Position numbers and translations under genes: made by a program
The notes under the pieces: generated by a model
Seen by the model: the letters and a program-made list of their open reading frames with translations, nothing else
Told to the model about the DNA's origin: nothing
The model's database searches: none
In this document: positions 60,602-64,000 of the stretch, piece after piece
How positions within the stretch are numbered: the first letter of the stretch is position 1
How the letters are laid out: each line of letters starts with the position of its first letter
Source: a virus
Reading direction: 5' to 3' (one strand)
Virus record (IMG/VR): IMGVR_UViG_3300009034_000010
Span: 1-64,000 of that record
Length of the DNA stretch: 64,000 bases

Positions 60602-61137
60602 TGAAGCGTCCTTCTTGGGAACAGTATTTTATGATGTTGGCTAAATTAGCAGCGACTCGATCCACATGTATATCAAGGCCGGTAGGGGCTGTTCTCGTAA
60701 AAAATAATCATGTACTGGCTACAGGATATAACGGGTCTGTCTCAGGTGCTCCGCATTGTATTGAACAAGAACGTTGTTATAGAAGACAACAAAATGTTTC
60801 AGATGATGTTAAGCATTTGTATTGCAGGTCAAGTCACGCTGAAGCTAATATAGTGGCTCAGGCTGCCAAATATGCTATAGATTCTTTTAATAGCAACCTC
60901 TTCATCACTTTATACCCATGCTATACTTGCTATAAGCTCCTTTGCACTGCCGGTATTAGAACTATTTATTATGAAAGTAAGTATGAGTCCGTCAATGTTA
61001 ATGCTAACTTCAATAAACTTTTCGTAGAAAACGGTCCTATACAATTTTTTAAGTTGACAATTGATCCCGATACTTTACAATATATTATGAATCGTATTAT
61101 AGGACCAACATCTGTTAGAAATTTGAAATCGGAGTAA
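60598..61137 (+). CDS. dCMP deaminase (ComEB-like)
   Basis: Motifs RPSWEQYFM, RSTC..R.VGA, TGYNG, HAEAN, PCYTC. Confidence 0.93.
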   Translation: MMKRPSWEQYFMMLAKLAATRSTCISRPVGAVLVKNNHVLATGYNGSVSGAPHCIEQERCYRRQQNVSDDVKHLYCRSSHAEANIVAQAAKYAIDSFNSNLFITLYPCYTCYKLLCTAGIRTIYYESKYESVNVNANFNKLFVENGPIQFFKLTIDPDTLQYIMNRIIGPTSVRNLKSE

Positions 61138-61140
61138 ATT

Positions 61141-61653
61141 ATGGATTATGGCGGATATCAACCAAAAGAACAAGTACCAAGTATAATAGATCCTAAATTT
61201 TTAGATTGGTCTAAGACTAAACTTTTCAATATAGGAGAATATGTCCAAGGAATTTATAAAGAAGAAGTTACTTTTGAAGAAACTATTAAGGGTGTTAACG
61301 ATATTCTTTATAATATGTGTAAACATTGCAGTCCTATTAAAATGAAACCTTTTACCTTCAATAAATCTTGTTTAGAAGGTGGAAACTGGTTTTTAGGAAA
61401 GTATCGTTGGTATCCTGGTCTTGTAAGAGTTCAAGGAACAGGGGAGTCAGTTCCTGATTATTTGGCTTTAGGTGTTATAATATATGACGTTACCTGTATT
61501 AAAGGTAGAATAACACGTAAAGATGATTTCTTTTTGGCATATGAATACATGAATCATTCCCTTGAAACTATTGAGGCGTATAAAAAATGCGTGAAGATTT
61601 TGCCAGAACTAATAGTGGCTTACGTAAAGTATATTATAGAGACCGTGAAATAA
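61141..61653 (+). CDS. Hypothetical protein (may continue into the 61587 frame)
   Basis: ORF; overlaps the next ORF by 67 nt starting at an A6 run. Confidence 0.6.
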   Translation: MDYGGYQPKEQVPSIIDPKFLDWSKTKLFNIGEYVQGIYKEEVTFEETIKGVNDILYNMCKHCSPIKMKPFTFNKSCLEGGNWFLGKYRWYPGLVRVQGTGESVPDYLALGVIIYDVTCIKGRITRKDDFFLAYEYMNHSLETIEAYKKCVKILPELIVAYVKYIIETVK

Positions 61654-62219
61654 TAGGTCATAATTGTTTTACAGAAGAACAAGTAGAAGCTGAATTTGAA
61701 AATTATCTTATTAATCCTATGGCTTCTTATCTCAGATATGCTTTTCCTTTAGTTAAACGAATTTGGGCAAGTTCGGAAAACAAATATCATAGAGGTTTAA
61801 GGCACACACCTATACCAAATCTTAATTATGAGGGACCAGATGACGGACAAGCCGTGCGGGATATATTGAGAAAAAGGCTCCTTCGAGACGTAAGACCGGT
61901 TTCCAGTTATGGGACATTGTGCTCGATTAAGGAGTTAGAAAAGTCTCAACGGTGTCCTGAGTTTTTCAAATTGATGAATAACCGAATGGTTATGGGTGCT
62001 TTCCGCTATGGAAAATTATCAGCACAGAAGAACTCTGACGTAAAATACGATAATATTGCCTCAATACGTAAGAGACTAACCCTTTATGAAGAAACAGGCA
62101 ATTTAGAGCATCTGGTGGACTGTGGGAACCTTTGTATGATAGAATATATGATTGGAAATCATCCTAAAAAGCATTTTAGTTCTATTGATGATGGAGATCA
62201 TCATGCAGAACTTAAATGA
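61587..62219 (+). CDS. Protein with a capsid-like peptide and a C-terminal all-helical domain (possibly NTP-pyrophosphatase-like)
   Basis: ASYLRYAFPLVKRIWASS; C-terminal NRMVMGAFRYG...YEETGNLEHLVDCGN. Confidence 0.65.
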   Translation: MREDFARTNSGLRKVYYRDREIIGHNCFTEEQVEAEFENYLINPMASYLRYAFPLVKRIWASSENKYHRGLRHTPIPNLNYEGPDDGQAVRDILRKRLLRDVRPVSSYGTLCSIKELEKSQRCPEFFKLMNNRMVMGAFRYGKLSAQKNSDVKYDNIASIRKRLTLYEETGNLEHLVDCGNLCMIEYMIGNHPKKHFSSIDDGDHHAELK

Positions 62220-62727
62220 CGAAAAATGGCAAAATATAAAAGACTATGAAGGCTTGTATCAAGTTAGTACATTAGGAAGAGTCAAAAGTTTAGGAAGAAG
62301 AACACGGTGGGGCTTTATTCATAGAGACTTAATCTTAAAACCTAATCTTGATAATTACGGTTATGCTTATGTTAATCTATACAATGGCACAAAAAGAAAA
62401 TCAATAAAAGTACATAGGCTTGTTGCAATAACTTTTATAGCTAACCCTCATAATAAACCACAAGTTAATCATAAAGATGGGATTAAAATTAAAAATGAGG
62501 TAACTAATCTTGAATGGGCTACTCAAATTGAGAATATAACACATAGACAAACAGTATTAAATATTCATTATAGAGGTGACGATGTCAATACAGCTAAATT
62601 AATTGAGAAATCTGTTCTTCATATACGGAACAGTAAGAAATCGTTATGTCAGTTGGCAGAGAAGTATCATGTTTGTAAGTCTACAATACATAGGATAAAA
62701 AATAGAGAGACTTGGAAGCATATTTAG
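62203..62727 (+). mobile_element. NUMOD4-HNH homing endonuclease
   Basis: Motifs YEGLYQVSTLGRVKS, HRLVA, VNHKDGIK..N...NLEW. Confidence 0.92.
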
Positions 62728-62754
62728 AGCTACTGTGAAGAAATAAGTGGAATT

Positions 62755-63066
62755 ATGAATCATATAAACCCTTTTATCATGTTCGAATGCTATGCTAAAT
62801 GTTATTCAGAATTTATTGAAAAATATCTGAAGTTTCTTAAAGAATTTGTGCACGATGACGGAGTTCACGATACAGACAAAGTAGAGTACCCAATTTGTCC
62901 ATGGTGTGACAGGGAATATAAGAATTACGAAGATTTTATGTTGGATAATTTTCAAGTTTTATGTTGTAGAAAAAATATGAATAAAGAATTCACTGTAGTT
63001 CGACATACTGTAATGTCTTATAGTACCCATAGAATAGATAAAAGTAAGTATAGGAGAAGAAAGTGA
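62755..63066 (+). CDS. Hypothetical protein with CPWC
   Basis: ORF. Confidence 0.6.
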   Translation: MNHINPFIMFECYAKCYSEFIEKYLKFLKEFVHDDGVHDTDKVEYPICPWCDREYKNYEDFMLDNFQVLCCRKNMNKEFTVVRHTVMSYSTHRIDKSKYRRRK

Positions 63067-63281
63067 ATAATATTGAACCTTTAAGGTTTTATCAACTTGA
63101 AGGAAAAGTAAGAGATCTTGGAGAAGAAGTCGAGAGACTTAAAAATCAAATTATAGCTGGTCTTAAATTACCAGATGACGTAGTTTTGGCAGAATCTAAA
63201 AGAACCTCTAAAGCAGCAATTGAAGAGGTTCAACTTCAAGGGCTTAAAAATAAAATATCAAAAATGAATCATACAGTATAA
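63063..63281 (+). CDS. Small coiled-coil protein
   Basis: ORF. Confidence 0.55.
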   Translation: MNNIEPLRFYQLEGKVRDLGEEVERLKNQIIAGLKLPDDVVLAESKRTSKAAIEEVQLQGLKNKISKMNHTV

Positions 63282-63282
63282 G

Positions 63283-63395
63283 TTAAATCCCATCCCTCTC
63301 ACGAATATGGCAGTATTAGTAGTGACGGCCTCGTAAAGTCGAGTGATATGTACCTCTTGACCCGTAGGTACTTAAAGGGTTTAAATAAACGGGTC
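63283..63395 (+). ncRNA. Candidate structured RNA with a pseudoknot
   Basis: Several complementary segments in a GC-elevated intergenic gap; see findings. Confidence 0.45.
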
Positions 63396-63418
63396 CAACC
63401 GCTGTTTAGGAGATTAAT

Positions 63419-63616
63419 ATGGCTAATGTTAGAACTTTTGTAAAGAATGTAAAACCTTACTGTAGGGAACACGGACTTATGGAAGGTTGGGATCCTGATA
63501 ATTTTACTTTCTATTGTAAAACATGCGAAGTTGCTACAGGTACCGAGGAAATACAGAAAAATTGTTATGCTCCTCATTTCTATGAACAAAAGAATCCTTT
63601 TATAGAGTTTAAATGA
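63419..63616 (+). CDS. Small Cys/His protein
   Basis: AGGAG RBS; CREH..CKTC. Confidence 0.6.
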   Translation: MANVRTFVKNVKPYCREHGLMEGWDPDNFTFYCKTCEVATGTEEIQKNCYAPHFYEQKNPFIEFK

Positions 63617-64000
63617 AGCTTATCGAGATTTATACTGACGGAGCTTGTAGCGGAAATCCGGGTCCTGGTGGTTGGGGTGCGATTCTACTTTATAAGCAAA
63701 CTGAAGAACGATGGAGAAAATTAGAGATATCGTGTGGGTATCGACATACTACAAATAATCGTATGGAACTTACAGCGGCAATAGAAGCGCTAAAACGGTT
63801 AAAACCTTCTGATTGTAACGTTAAATTGTATAGTGATAGTCAGTACATGGTAAGTGCTTTTAATAGTTGCTGGATTCATAAATGGGTAAAGAATGGTTGG
63901 ATGAATACCAAATTTCAACCAATAGTAAATAAAGATTTGTGGGAAGAACTTCTTTTCCTTCATAATCGACATGATATTGAGTGGATAAAAATAAAAGGAC
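63613..64000 (+). CDS. rnhA: Ribonuclease HI (runs off the window)
   Basis: MKLIEIYTDGACSGNPGPGGWG, TTNNRMEL, SDSQY, NKDLW. Confidence 0.95.
   Translation, partial: MKLIEIYTDGACSGNPGPGGWGAILLYKQTEERWRKLEISCGYRHTTNNRMELTAAIEALKRLKPSDCNVKLYSDSQYMVSAFNSCWIHKWVKNGWMNTKFQPIVNKDLWEELLFLHNRHDIEWIKIKG

Noticed and set aside
63283-63410. Assignment as a hammerhead, pistol, twister or HDV-like ribozyme
   Set aside because: Conserved catalytic cores (e.g. CUGAUGA/GAAA) were not found by eye; left unassigned.
1-64000. CRISPR array or diversity-generating retroelement
   Set aside because: No repeat-spacer array, reverse transcriptase or adenine-divergent TR/VR pair was seen in this window.
1-64000. Stop-codon reassignment
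   Set aside because: Long conserved genes are intact in code 11, breaks are frame changes rather than in-frame stops, and there is no suppressor tRNA.

Overview
A 64-kb, AT-rich segment of a large tailed dsDNA phage genome with two divergent arms that meet at a palindrome-rich intergenic region (~32.8-33.2 kb). The left arm (minus strand) is the late/morphogenesis region. It holds a SNF2-like helicase, a long terminase with an N-terminal extension, a T4-gp20-like portal, fibre/decoration proteins, a gp21-like protease-scaffold fusion, a gp23-like major capsid protein, neck proteins, a tail tube, frameshifting tail chaperones and the start of the tape measure. No sheath gene is visible. Eight glycosyltransferase-like genes, a SAM methyltransferase and a GNAT acetyltransferase are embedded among these structural genes. 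The right arm (plus strand) encodes replication, recombination and nucleotide metabolism: UvsY-like protein, gp32-like SSB, class II RNR, sigma-like factor, RecA, SbcD/SbcC, resolvase, UDG-fused PolA, primase, DnaB, thymidylate synthase-like protein, patatin, PurN, dCMP deaminase, RNase H, and five tRNAs. Five NUMOD4-HNH endonucleases are spread across the window. Main candidates for novelty: (1) a large virion-glycosylation system whose enzymes share a short module; (2) a stand-alone copy of the capsid 'Gol-equivalent' peptide in an accessory protein 50 kb from the capsid gene; (3) a cluster of GNA-triloop DNA hairpins at the divergence point; (4) an SSB with elastin-like repeats; (5) a phage-specific promoter motif; (6) a pseudoknotted intergenic RNA. 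About ten small frameshifts look like assembly indels. All functional calls come from motif recognition by eye, not from database searches.
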